Shown here piece by piece: positions 9,305-18,969 of a stretch of 64,000 bases of DNA. Every line of letters starts with the position of its first letter. Within the stretch, counting starts at the first letter, position 1. The notes beneath the pieces were generated by a model. The model was given only the letters and a program-made list of their open reading frames with translations. It was not told the origin of the DNA and did not search any database. Source of the DNA: Candidatus Saccharimonadales bacterium (GTDB lineage Bacteria > Patescibacteriota > Saccharimonadia > QS-5-54-17); assembly GCA_040903985.1 (NCBI GenBank), contig JBBDUI010000002.1, forward strand, positions 262,038 to 326,037. Direction: 5' to 3'. The position numbers were made by a program, and so were the translations under genes.

Positions 9305-10117
9305 TTGTTCGAGTGGTTAAGTAACCTACTACCTGAGAATATTAACATAAACATCAATATCGTTAAGCATGTCAAAATAAATTCAGATAATACTAATCTG
9401 CCCCCTGTATCAATCGAGGACGACAAGTTAGTGATAAGCGATTCGACTCCGGAAGGTAGAGATCTAGCGGAGAGAATTATAAAAGAGCTTCCTTTGCATA
9501 TAGAGCACAACGATATTGTCATTGAAGAAGCAAACCTAGAAAGCTACAGAGAAATTGATGCAGAGTTAAGCGAAGCAGACTTTGAGAATGAACTAGACAA
9601 GTTTAGGCCAATGATTCCTAAGGGCGATGTACCTATGCTGGAGGTGGCAATTCTCGTAAAGATCAGGTTTGATTCTGGCAAGAACGTAGGTCCAATTAAA
9701 GGACAAGCTATACACAGGTATGGCCCTAGAGCCGGAATGATATGTAACTTGTACAGCTCCGGATATTTTCATAACTTAATTAAGCCTCTCTATGAATCTA
9801 TCAAGAGTGGCGAAATAGGTTTCGATGAATACCTGGAGATATATAAAACAATAGTGACAGAATCACCTTTAGCAATGTTCGTAGGACTTGGTACTCCAGC
9901 AGACAAAATGAAGGAACAACTGCTTGATAAAATTGAGCTTAACAAAAAGAGTGGGATAGGTTATTTACATATTCATGGAATTGGAGTTAGTAATACTCGT
10001 TTTATAAAACGACTTCTGACAGATGAAGACATAAAGAATCATTTCGCTGAAGATCCAGATTTAATCCTCACTGGAAGAGCACTCAAGGCAACTATATACT
10101 TAACAGAGGTAGAATGA
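9305..10117 (+). CDS. hypothetical protein (AT-rich islet)
   Basis: 270-aa open frame with globular composition. Confidence 0.7.
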   Translation: MFEWLSNLLPENINININIVKHVKINSDNTNLPPVSIEDDKLVISDSTPEGRDLAERIIKELPLHIEHNDIVIEEANLESYREIDAELSEADFENELDKFRPMIPKGDVPMLEVAILVKIRFDSGKNVGPIKGQAIHRYGPRAGMICNLYSSGYFHNLIKPLYESIKSGEIGFDEYLEIYKTIVTESPLAMFVGLGTPADKMKEQLLDKIELNKKSGIGYLHIHGIGVSNTRFIKRLLTDEDIKNHFAEDPDLILTGRALKATIYLTEVE

Positions 10118-10428
10118 ATCCCTGCATCTACCTCATCGAAGCTGTGGGGAATACCCAAATAGTATTTTCGTGGTAGAGAAAGTCCGAAAAAGTTGGCACA
10201 AAGCCCTGAACGAGTTAAAGCACTGAAGGGGTGTGCTGGGAGGAGACTACCAGAAACATAAGTTACACGCTCGAGCTTTTTCTTCAGACACATATCCCTA
10301 GCCTAAGTAGCATCCGCTCTTCCTGCTTTCACTTAATACAACTACTCCCGTGTAGTTGTGGATAGTAGTGATCTTTTAGTTCGTTAACCCCGTACATGAC
10401 GAACCACTTCCTTAGTTATCTACGTTAC

Positions 10429-10629
10429 CTACCACCGGTCTTTAGTCCATGTATTATAAATAGCCTTAATACTTACGAAAAGAAGCCCAAGAGCCAACAA
10501 AATACCGAATAAACTACCTGTTAGTGCTCCAGCATTATCTTCTGGACGAATTGACCCAAGAAACTCACCTAAAAGAGATAGGGAGAATAGACTTAAGAGG
10601 CCCCATAAAGCTATCTTTATAAATCTCAC
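10429..10629 (-). CDS. small two-TM membrane protein
   Basis: GGAGG SD with GTG start; two hydrophobic helices. Confidence 0.55.
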   Translation of the reverse strand: MRFIKIALWGLLSLFSLSLLGEFLGSIRPEDNAGALTGSLFGILLALGLLFVSIKAIYNTWTKDRW

Positions 10630-10737
10630 TGTGCCCTCCGTTGATTATATAACTTACTATTTATAAGCAAACACTTTGCTCTTAGCTCAAAAGTAAAATT
10701 GTTTACCATCAGTAATGTTTTAAGGGTACCATATTAT

Positions 10738-10900
10738 GGGAATCGTTTATCTTTCTGCTCGCTCATGGTTCGCCTGCGGCTCACTCAAAGTATCCTAAAG
10801 CTGCCGCTGTCAGCTTTAGACCTCGCGGGCGCGATTCCCCTCTCGAAAACTAAACCAATGAAAAAGCCCGACTATGGTCGGGCACTTTCATTGGTGGAGC
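10738..10900. repeat. distal copy of the tmRNA 3'-end/trailer repeat (att-like)
   Basis: 10846-10900 matches 12618-12672 at 54/55 nt; degenerate similarity extends left to ~10738 (vs ~12505). Confidence 0.85.
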
Positions 10901-11118
10901 ACCTCGAAAAAAGTTCACCCCTCATTATAGATGAGGTGCATCGGTGGCGGGATTTACTCTGGAACGACTATAAATACAAGCAAAAACGCTCAACAGAGAT
11001 AGATAACCCCTGAGGGTATACCACCTTATTCATTTTATAAAGATTGTACTATTTCAGTACGAGTCCTATGATGAGTGTTAGATGCATCGTGTATCTAACT
11101 TAATTATATCATTTTGGG

Positions 11119-12321
11119 TTAGCTTGCTATAAATCTCTTAATCCTAGAGACAACGTAATCCCTAATTAGTTGTTCTGACTGGCTAATTAGGTCCTTGTAC
11201 TCAGCCTTTTCGGTTGATGTTGCCTTACTGTAGCCATGAATTTCAATTTTGCCGTGAATGACTTCGTGTCTAGCATTAAACAGCTTCTCTATGTGCTTTA
11301 TGCAATTTTCTCTATCGGACTCGGTTTTTGAAATAGTCTCAGCTATTACAGGTGCCTTTTCGCTAATCGTCGGTACGATATTACTATTTGTTATACTGTG
11401 TTTCCTAGTTGGGAATAGTGAATCAACTACCGATACCAGAAAAACTAGTTGTAGGCTCCAATCTTCATTATTCAAGAACTCTAGGTACCAATAGAGAGCA
11501 TTACATAATTGAATCCGTGCATTTTCTTTATTTTTTGCAGATTGTTTTTTTGAAATATCCTTAAACAATGAATTTACGGCATTAATTCTATCCTTATCGT
11601 TCTTGAAAGAAAGCGTCGTAGCTCTAGAGGCTTTTAGCGGATTTTTGAAGTTTGAATTATATTTGTCATCTAACTTAAATACTCTCGGAGTGGGGGAATG
11701 TCTCCTAATACTATTTGTTGCGAGTGTGCCGAATACGACATGTAGCGAATAATAAAGTCCTACTAATCTATCTGGACTGTAATTTGATTCTAGAAATGCG
11801 TATTCTCCAGTCCTAACAAGACCTTTATCTTCAATGTAGAGGTACTTCTCGCCAACTTTAGGTATGTTATCGCCAAACATCTGCTCTCTCAAAGCTTTGG
11901 CAAGTCCCTGACCCTTAACTTCATTTTTACTTTTGAATTGGTTAAATCTTTTCTGGTCAACCTCAATTATCTTAATGCTATCAAGATCTTGCAGGCCACC
12001 ACAATAATCATCAGGTAATTGGTAATAAAATTTATAAATATAAGGAATTCCTGAAGCCAGCTTATGTATATCAGTTATGACTTTATCTTTTTCGGCAGCA
12101 GTCATGGCTCTAGATTCACGGTTAAAATCACTGACTTTGAAAGCACTTGTGATAAGCATGTTCCAGAAAAACGGCCAATCAATTGCCGAATCATAAAGCT
12201 TCAAATCCACTATCTTATATAGCGGGTCAAAATTAATTGTGTCCACATCTATAAAGCCATCATTTAGCTTAGCGTTGGATAAACTATTCTTTAGTAATAC
12301 TTCTGGATTCTGTCTGGCCAT
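11119..12321 (-). CDS. HEPN-domain protein (ApeA-like C-terminus), putative defence RNase
   Basis: C-terminal LYWY...LVFLVSVVDSL...LFNARHEVIHG with an RxxxxH motif; AT-rich. Confidence 0.7.
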   Translation of the reverse strand: MARQNPEVLLKNSLSNAKLNDGFIDVDTINFDPLYKIVDLKLYDSAIDWPFFWNMLITSAFKVSDFNRESRAMTAAEKDKVITDIHKLASGIPYIYKFYYQLPDDYCGGLQDLDSIKIIEVDQKRFNQFKSKNEVKGQGLAKALREQMFGDNIPKVGEKYLYIEDKGLVRTGEYAFLESNYSPDRLVGLYYSLHVVFGTLATNSIRRHSPTPRVFKLDDKYNSNFKNPLKASRATTLSFKNDKDRINAVNSLFKDISKKQSAKNKENARIQLCNALYWYLEFLNNEDWSLQLVFLVSVVDSLFPTRKHSITNSNIVPTISEKAPVIAETISKTESDRENCIKHIEKLFNARHEVIHGKIEIHGYSKATSTEKAEYKDLISQSEQLIRDYVVSRIKRFIAS

Positions 12322-12492
12322 ACTTACAAAATACTATACTGATACTTATTAATATATAACTGTGTCGTACAAATATTATTAACGGCGAATTTTATATAGA
12401 TAATTCTGCAAAAGTTCACACCCCCAAATTGAGCACAATTTACACCTTAGGAAAAAACAAAAAAGACCCCGAAGGATCAAATTTTGACAAAA

Positions 12493-12672
12493 TGGTGGAG
12501 CTGCGGGGAATCGTATCATATTATGCTCGCTCGAAATGCGTTTCTCGCTCGGCCAAGCAAGGAATTCTTAAGCTGCCACCGGCAGCTTAAGCCCTCTCGG
12601 GTGCAATTCCCCACCACAAAACTAAACCAATGAAAAAGCCCGACTATCGTCGGGCACTTTCATTGGTGGAGC
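12493..12672. repeat. duplicated tmRNA 3' end plus palindromic trailer
   Basis: 12493-12511 identical to 12664-12682 (19 bp); nested inverted repeats 12598-12689. Confidence 0.85.
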
Positions 12673-13076
12673 TGCGGGGAATTGCACCCCGGTCCGCAAG
12701 TTAACTTCCTATCCCGCTACGAGCGTATTCGGTTTGAAAAGTTTCAGATATTTCCCGATCAAACCGACAAAAAAGAACTATCTATAGTCACAGTAAAGCT
12801 TCAGGCGGTTCGCCTCTGACGTACGAACTGCCCTACACCGGATAAATGTCACCAGATTTCCGTTATCCAGTAATCACGGAATTGATGGCTGCGGCGGTTA
12901 GGCTACAGCTGTCGCAAGGTTTCGAGGAGTCATAGCCTCAGAAACTGAAGCTAGAAAACTGTTCACCTTACTAGTAAATGTGTTTACATTTATTTGGGTT
13001 GGTCCAACTAACGTGTAGACCGAACCGGCTCGCTGAATAGGTTGTCAAAATACTCACGTCGAAGCTAATCAGCCCC
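12664..13076 (-). ncRNA. ssrA: tmRNA
   Basis: 5' GGGGCTGATTAGCTTCGAC; 3' CCGGGGTGCAATTCCCCGCAGCTCCACCA; internal tag frame ending ATAVA-TAA. Confidence 0.93.
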
Positions 13077-13209
13077 ATGCCACTATTTTAACACATGCAC
13101 CCCGAGAGCGGTAAGAGTTACTAGCCATAAATGGTTAGTAACTCCTGTCACGGAGCAAGGGACGATTTACTCTTATCCGAGTAATTTGCTACAATAAACC
13201 ACAAGCATC

Positions 13210-14175
13210 ATGGTGGATAAAAATACTCATAACCGGTCGCAAAGCGATGAACCGTCTCAGGTTCGTAAGCACTACTACCTTAATCAATACGTAGTCATCG
13301 CCCCTCGTCGTAACAAACGCCCACGGCCTAAATCGGAAGAAGTGCTGAGCCAGAAAACCGAGCTGCAGCCACAGATTGAGTCTAACCCCAGCCTGTACGA
13401 AGTGCCGAACGAGGAGGGAGGCTGGCGCATCAAGGTAGTAGCTAACGACTACCCGGCCCTCTCTCCCGGTAGTACCCGCGCTAAAGGGGCTCAAGAAGTA
13501 GTACTCGAGACGCCAGCCATCAACACTCCCTTCCATCAGTTATCGATTGAACAGATCCAGGCGGTGCTAGAAACCTATCAACATCGCACTCACTTACTGC
13601 GCCAACGTTACGGCTACGTCAGTATCTTTAAAAACCACGGACCGCAGGCCGGTGCTACCCTAGCCCATACTCACTCCCAGATCATCGCCAGTGAATTTAT
13701 CCCACCCGAAGTCCGTCGCGAGCGTGAAGTATTAACCGAGTATCAGCTCAAGCACGATACCTCCGCCCTCTGCGACGTCATTCGTTGGGAGCTAGAACAG
13801 GACCAACGAGCCGTAGCTCATACCCGTTTCACCACTACCATCACTCCCTACGCTAGCCAATACCCGCTAGAGATTTGGATCATTCCTAACCGCCAGTCCC
13901 ACTCTATCGTTAATCTCAGTACTGAAGAGCTGCGCTCCCTAGCCGACCACCTCAAAGGTGTCGCTACTGCCCTGGGTGGTAACGGGGTGGATTATAACTA
14001 TCACCTCCAGGAAGGCATCGCCGACGAATACAATCACTTCTTTATCAAGGTCATCCCCCGCCTCTCGATCCTGGGTGGTTACGAGCTCAACACCGGCACG
14101 CACATTAACACTATCAGTCCCGAGTATGCCTGCAAGTGGTATCAGAAACACATTAAAACCCCCGATGTTGGCTAA
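13210..14175 (+). CDS. galactose-1-phosphate uridylyltransferase family (GalT/HIT-like)
   Basis: VVIAPRRNKRP, VVANDYPAL, FKNHGPQAGATLAHTHSQII (HxHxQ). Confidence 0.85.
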   Translation: MVDKNTHNRSQSDEPSQVRKHYYLNQYVVIAPRRNKRPRPKSEEVLSQKTELQPQIESNPSLYEVPNEEGGWRIKVVANDYPALSPGSTRAKGAQEVVLETPAINTPFHQLSIEQIQAVLETYQHRTHLLRQRYGYVSIFKNHGPQAGATLAHTHSQIIASEFIPPEVRREREVLTEYQLKHDTSALCDVIRWELEQDQRAVAHTRFTTTITPYASQYPLEIWIIPNRQSHSIVNLSTEELRSLADHLKGVATALGGNGVDYNYHLQEGIADEYNHFFIKVIPRLSILGGYELNTGTHINTISPEYACKWYQKHIKTPDVG

Positions 14176-15673
14176 GGTCTATACCGCTGCAAACGATGGA
14201 TTCGCCGGCCAGATAGTAGAAACTGAATGTGACATGAGCAAGGGCCTGCCCGGCATCACAGTAGTGGGCCTACCGAACAAAGCCATAGATGAGGCGAAAG
14301 AACGCGTCCGTAGCGCCATCAAGAACAGCCGACTAGAGCTGCCGCGCAAACGCATCACCCTGAACCTCGCCCCGGCCGACCTCCCTAAAGACGGTACGGC
14401 TTACGATATACCTCTAGCCGTAGCTATCTTAGCCGCTAGTGAGCAGATCGACACGGGGGCTCTAGCTAAAAGTGTATTCGTTGGCGAGCTAGCTCTCAAC
14501 GGCACCCTCCGACCGGTTCCCGGCATCCTTAACTACGTCCAAACCGCTGCTCAAGCCGGCTTTAAACGGATCTTCATTCCGGCCGCCTGTCAGGATGAGG
14601 CCCGACTGATCAGCGGCATTAAAATATATCCGGTTAAGAATCTACGGGCTCTCTACCGCCACCTAGTCGGTGAGCGCAGCTTAACGGTCGCACCAACGCT
14701 CCGGCGCCTACCGCGAAACACTCAGGCTGAGTTCGATCTCGCCGATGTACATGGCCAGCAACAGGCCAAGCGAGCCCTCGAAATCGCTGCCGCCGGAGCA
14801 CATAACATCTTACTCAGCGGACCTCCCGGTAGTGGCAAGACCATGCTCGCCCGCTGCCTGACCTCGATTCTGCCCCCACCCACTCGGGAGGAGATTGTCG
14901 CCATCACTAAGCTCCACTCCCTCGGTAGTGCCCACGATTACCGTATCGTCACTACCCGTCCCTTCCGTGCGCCCCACCACACCACTAGTGATATCGCTAT
15001 CATCGGGGGTGGAACTAACCCTACTCCGGGTGAGATATCGCTAGCCCACCACGGCATCTTATTCTTAGACGAGTTACCGGAGTTTCGCCGCCATGTACTT
15101 GAGGTATTACGCCAGCCCCTAGAGGACGGCACCGTCACCGTGGCCCGAGCTAAGCGCAGTGTCACCTACCCGGCCGAGTTCATGCTAGTCGCCACTCAGA
15201 ATCCCTGTCCTTGTGGCTTTCTCGGTGATGAACGACGCGAATGTAGCTGTGACCAGGCGGCTATCAGCCGCTACCAGAAGAAAGTATCCGGACCGCTACT
15301 AGATAGAATCGATATGCACGTCACAGTAGGCAGGGTCGAACACACCAAGCTGCTAGCTCCCCCAGCCGGTGAGCCAAGTCGCACAATCGCCGGCCGAGTG
15401 AAACGGGCTCGCGAGCGAGCGCACCGTCGCTCTCACTATCCGAACGCTAAGCTGAATAATCAAGCAGTCCGGCGCTACTGCCGGACCGATGCGACTACAG
15501 CCGAACTACTAGCCCAGGCCATGCAGCGACTGGATCTCTCTGCCCGCGGCTATATACGCACCTTAAAAGTAGCCCGCACCATCGCCGACTTGGATGATTC
15601 TGAAGAGATAAAAGTCACCCACGTCAGTGAGGCACTGCAGTATCGACAGCCGGCTCACACCTCAACCGAGTAG
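14165..15673 (+). CDS. comM: YifB/ComM Mg-chelatase-like AAA+ ATPase
   Basis: ITLNLAPADLPKDG, GPPGSGKTM, GEISLAHHGILFLDE, NPCPCG; start at ATG 14165. Confidence 0.9.
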   Translation: MLAKVYTAANDGFAGQIVETECDMSKGLPGITVVGLPNKAIDEAKERVRSAIKNSRLELPRKRITLNLAPADLPKDGTAYDIPLAVAILAASEQIDTGALAKSVFVGELALNGTLRPVPGILNYVQTAAQAGFKRIFIPAACQDEARLISGIKIYPVKNLRALYRHLVGERSLTVAPTLRRLPRNTQAEFDLADVHGQQQAKRALEIAAAGAHNILLSGPPGSGKTMLARCLTSILPPPTREEIVAITKLHSLGSAHDYRIVTTRPFRAPHHTTSDIAIIGGGTNPTPGEISLAHHGILFLDELPEFRRHVLEVLRQPLEDGTVTVARAKRSVTYPAEFMLVATQNPCPCGFLGDERRECSCDQAAISRYQKKVSGPLLDRIDMHVTVGRVEHTKLLAPPAGEPSRTIAGRVKRARERAHRRSHYPNAKLNNQAVRRYCRTDATTAELLAQAMQRLDLSARGYIRTLKVARTIADLDDSEEIKVTHVSEALQYRQPAHTSTE

Positions 15674-15949
15674 GAGCTCGGTCCAAGTGTCGGGTAGCAC
15701 CCCACTCCGCAGTGACCACCAGAAGATCAACTGCACTATCGCTAAGACAGCGAAGACTAGCAGGCTCAGCTTCATTAACCGCACACGCTGTAGCTGATGG
15801 CTGTCCGGCTCATCTGATTTGTCTGTTGCTTTAGGTGGCCTCACATTAGTGGTGCGAGTTTCAACCGGGGTGGTATCGACGAACGCACTAGATCGGGGTC
15901 GAGCCTGGAGGCGTTCTTTCTGCTGGCGAGTCTTACGTTTTTTGGGCAT
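15662..15949 (-). CDS. hypothetical protein with basic N-terminus and C-terminal TM helix
   Basis: MPKKRKTRQQK... followed by a TM segment. Confidence 0.6.
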   Translation of the reverse strand: MPKKRKTRQQKERLQARPRSSAFVDTTPVETRTTNVRPPKATDKSDEPDSHQLQRVRLMKLSLLVFAVLAIVQLIFWWSLRSGVLPDTWTELLLG

Positions 15950-16082
15950 AACTATAATTATGGTACGCAATTTGGAATATAAATTCTACCGACAAATCGG
16001 TATCATCTCTGTTAGATTTAAGTTAGGTAGTGCTGAAATAAGGTATGGGCAAAGTCCGGGCATGCGCTATACTTAAGACTAT

Positions 16083-16565
16083 ATGCTAGAACCTTATTTC
16101 TTCGCTATCGTCATCGCTACTGCTGCTGCCGCTCTCGCCCTCTTAGGACTGTGGCGGCAAGCAAAGCTCCACCGCCGCATAGAAAAACTATTCGCCGGAC
16201 TCAATGATGACGGCAACCTAGAGGAAACGATCGAGCAGTACTTTGCTGAGGTTAAGACTACCCGAGATAAACTCAGCGGCCTACAGCAGAACTACCAGCA
16301 CCTCTCCCAGATTGCGGCCACCAGTTTGCAAAAAACCGCCATCGTCCGCTTCAATCCGTTTAAGCACACCGGTGGTGATCAGAGCTTTACCCTGGCACTG
16401 CTCGATAACCATGACAGCGGCTTTATCCTTACCAGCATCCACTCTCGGGAAGGAACCCGCGTCTACATCAAGCCGATTCGCTACGGGTCGAGCGATCATA
16501 CGCTTTCTCGCGAGGAGCAGTCCGCGCTCGATAACGCTAAGAGTACGAAGAGCCCTAAGGAGTAG
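16083..16565 (+). CDS. DUF4446 family protein
   Basis: N-terminal TM; VRFNPFKHTGGDQSFTLALLD...YIKPI...LSREE. Confidence 0.85.
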   Translation: MLEPYFFAIVIATAAAALALLGLWRQAKLHRRIEKLFAGLNDDGNLEETIEQYFAEVKTTRDKLSGLQQNYQHLSQIAATSLQKTAIVRFNPFKHTGGDQSFTLALLDNHDSGFILTSIHSREGTRVYIKPIRYGSSDHTLSREEQSALDNAKSTKSPKE

Positions 16566-16653
16566 ATCGTCCCAGATGCTTTCAATTTAAGGGGTTCAGC
16601 AGTATGGTAGATGCAAGACACGAGTCAGCCCAGTACTAAGGTTAGGAGGACAA

Positions 16654-17022
16654 ATGGCTAAGAAATCATATACCCCGGCGAATTTAGCCGACACCGTCAT
16701 CGCCCATGACCTGCGAATTAAAGGCGATCTCACTAGTGACAACGATATCTGGATCGACGGTCAGGTAGAGGGCAATGTCACCACGCACGGCAACTTAAGT
16801 ATCGGAGCTAACGGCACCATTACCGGCGACTTAATCGCTCACCAGGTCCGAGTCGCCGGTACCGTCATCGGCAACATTCAGGCCGAAGGCACTCTAAGCT
16901 GTGGCGATACCGCCCAGATTACTGGCAGTCTCCAGGCCGGTGATCTAGCCGTCAGTAGCGGGGCAGTCATTCGGGGCGAAGTAAACGTGACCTCTATCCT
17001 GGCCTCCGACGAAGAGGAGTAG
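16654..17022 (+). CDS. bactofilin (polymer-forming cytoskeletal protein)
   Basis: TVIAHDLRIKGDL...IDGQVEGNV beta-helix repeats. Confidence 0.9.
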   Translation: MAKKSYTPANLADTVIAHDLRIKGDLTSDNDIWIDGQVEGNVTTHGNLSIGANGTITGDLIAHQVRVAGTVIGNIQAEGTLSCGDTAQITGSLQAGDLAVSSGAVIRGEVNVTSILASDEEE

Positions 17023-17030
17023 AGACCACG

Positions 17031-17816
17031 ATGTACTACTACATCGTCAATCCCAGTTCGGGCGACAGGAGCTTTGAATCGATCCAGGCCAAGCTTCAGG
17101 CCAAGGTACGCCAGCTCGACATCGACGGAGAGTTTGCCAAAACCCTCGATGCCGATGATGCAGCCCGTATCACCCAAGCGGCCCTGCGCCAGGGCGCCCA
17201 GACTATCGTAGTGGTCGGCGGAGACAGAACCGTCAACGAAGTCATAACTGCCGTGAACGAGTCCAGTAAGTCCTCGATCTCGGTGGGTGTTATCCCTATC
17301 GGTCACACCAATACGCTTGCCCAACAGATCGGCATTCGCGATTGGAATCATGCCGTTGAGCTCTTAGCCGCTCGACGCCTCCGGAGCTTCCGGCTGATAC
17401 ATATTAACGATCACAGTTTCATTCACTCCTGTGTTCTGGAGTCGACTAACGATTCTACTGCTGAGGCCTTGATCGAGGTCGATGGTGCTTACCGCATCCG
17501 TGGCCCAATCCTGCAGGCGCAAATCAGCAATACCCGGCTACATAATCCCAGTTTGAGCAACGAGCTATTCGTCCAGTTAGCTACCCAAAACTCTGAGACC
17601 GGTCGGCTCCAGCGCTGGCTCAAGCGTGAGACACCCCGACCAGCGCTACTTTCGCAGCTCCATGCTCGGGTAATAGTCCTGGAGTTCCCCCATCCCTACC
17701 GCGCCGTAGTAGATGGGCGCGAAATAATCGACACTCAGTTTCGGATTCGCCTCTCGGAAAAACCGATTCACATTATCACCGCCAAATACGACAGTAACGG
17801 CAGCCCGCAAAACTAG
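17031..17816 (+). CDS. diacylglycerol kinase family protein
   Basis: IVNPSSG, VVGGDRTVNEV, IPIGHTNTLA. Confidence 0.8.
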   Translation: MYYYIVNPSSGDRSFESIQAKLQAKVRQLDIDGEFAKTLDADDAARITQAALRQGAQTIVVVGGDRTVNEVITAVNESSKSSISVGVIPIGHTNTLAQQIGIRDWNHAVELLAARRLRSFRLIHINDHSFIHSCVLESTNDSTAEALIEVDGAYRIRGPILQAQISNTRLHNPSLSNELFVQLATQNSETGRLQRWLKRETPRPALLSQLHARVIVLEFPHPYRAVVDGREIIDTQFRIRLSEKPIHIITAKYDSNGSPQN

Positions 17817-17840
17817 CTCGCCCAGCTCCACCACCACGAG

Positions 17841-17869
17841 TTGACCTCCGGTAGCGGAGTTGTTACAAT
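17841..17869 (+). promoter_or_regulatory. sigma70-type promoter of the infC-rpmI-rplT operon
   Basis: TTGACC-17 bp-TACAAT. Confidence 0.7.
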
Positions 17870-17899
17870 CTTTTGACGGAAGAGCTTAAGGAGTCCTTG

Positions 17900-18403
17900 A
17901 TCAAAAAACCACGCTTAAACCAGCAGATAAAAGCACCTGAGGTGCGTTTAATCGATGCCGAAGGGAAACAGCTCGGTGTAGTTAGCTCTCAAGAAGCACT
18001 GGCGCAAGCGCAAGCAGCTGGATACGATCTGGTAGAGATGTCGCCGCAGGCAAAACCACCGGTCGTCCGCATGGTAGATTGGGGCAAGTACCAGTACGAG
18101 AAAACCAAGCAGGAACAGCAGGCTCGTCGTAAGCAGAAGACGCACGACATGAAGCAGATGCGTTTCGGGCTCAAGATCGGACAACACGATCTCGATGTCA
18201 AACTGGGACAGGTACGTAAGTTCTTAGAGCGTGGACACAAGGTCAAGCTGACCGTACGTTTCCGTGGTCGAGAGATCATTCACCCAGAATTGGGCGATGA
18301 ACTGCTCCAAACTATGGTAGAATCTCTCAGTGATGTGGCGGTAGTAGATCAAGAACCCTCACTCACAGGCAAACAACTTAATATGGTTATCAGGAAGAAA
18401 TAA
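17900..18403 (+). CDS. infC: translation initiation factor IF-3
   Basis: RLNQQIKAPEVRLID...GKYQYE...KFLERGHKVK; probable non-AUG start (ATC 17900 or TTG 17897) after AAGGAG. Confidence 0.95.
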   Translation: MKKPRLNQQIKAPEVRLIDAEGKQLGVVSSQEALAQAQAAGYDLVEMSPQAKPPVVRMVDWGKYQYEKTKQEQQARRKQKTHDMKQMRFGLKIGQHDLDVKLGQVRKFLERGHKVKLTVRFRGREIIHPELGDELLQTMVESLSDVAVVDQEPSLTGKQLNMVIRKK

Positions 18404-18600
18404 TGCCCAAGCTGAAAGTACATAAAGGCGCTAGCAAGCGAATTAAGAAAACCGGTACCGGTAAGCTACGACACCGCCGAGCTTTTCGATCGCACATGCT
18501 AAGCAAGAAGCGTAATTCCCGTAAGCGTAACTTTACGCGTGAATTCGGCTTTGGCGATGGCGACAAGGCAAATGTTAAAAAGATGCTCGGAGGTAAATAA
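18403..18600 (+). CDS. rpmI: 50S ribosomal protein L35
   Basis: [21 protein letters not shown]; position in operon. Confidence 0.95.
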   Translation: MPKLKVHKGASKRIKKTGTGKLRHRRAFRSHMLSKKRNSRKRNFTREFGFGDGDKANVKKMLGGK

Positions 18601-18950
18601 TGAGAATTAAGCGCGGTGTTACCGCTCGTAAACGCCATAAAAAGCTACTTAAAGCCGCGAAAGGCATGCAGCACGCTCGCACCTCCAGCCCACGAATGGC
18701 TCGCCAAGGCGTGCAGAAGGCGATGCAGTACCAGTATCGTGACCGTCGTAACCGCAAGCGTGACTTCCGTCGCCTCTGGATTACCCGCATTAACGCCGGC
18801 GCCCGCGAGAATGGCGTTAGCTACAGCGTTCTAATCAAACAGTTAGATACGGCCGGCATCCAGCTCGACCGTAAAGTGTTAGCCGAGTTAGCCGCTAACC
18901 AACCGACCACTTTCTCCGCCGTGGTTGAAGCTGCCAAAAAAGCCGCTTAG
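18600..18950 (+). CDS. rplT: 50S ribosomal protein L20
   Basis: MRIKRGV...[21 protein letters not shown]. Confidence 0.97.
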   Translation: MRIKRGVTARKRHKKLLKAAKGMQHARTSSPRMARQGVQKAMQYQYRDRRNRKRDFRRLWITRINAGARENGVSYSVLIKQLDTAGIQLDRKVLAELAANQPTTFSAVVEAAKKAA

Positions 18951-18969
18951 ATAAATTTCATAAATTAGC

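Noticed and set aside
10039-10400. 84-aa minus-strand ORF or decayed gene
   Set aside because: Overlaps the 270-aa gene, has no recognisable motif, and neighbouring frames are interrupted by stops
10699-11013. 104-aa ORF as a real gene
   Set aside because: Runs through the palindromic repeat and terminator; only its 3' part may be a coding remnant
13110-13144. Hairpin GAGTTACTAGCCAT/ATGGTTAGTAACTC between ssrA and the galT-like gene
   Set aside because: Single copy with no U tract or other context; function cannot be assigned
13958-14164. N-terminal extensions given by the ORF track (comM here; likewise smpB, thrS, pilO, ssb, rpsF)
   Set aside because: They overlap upstream genes or promoters; downstream starts match family N-termini
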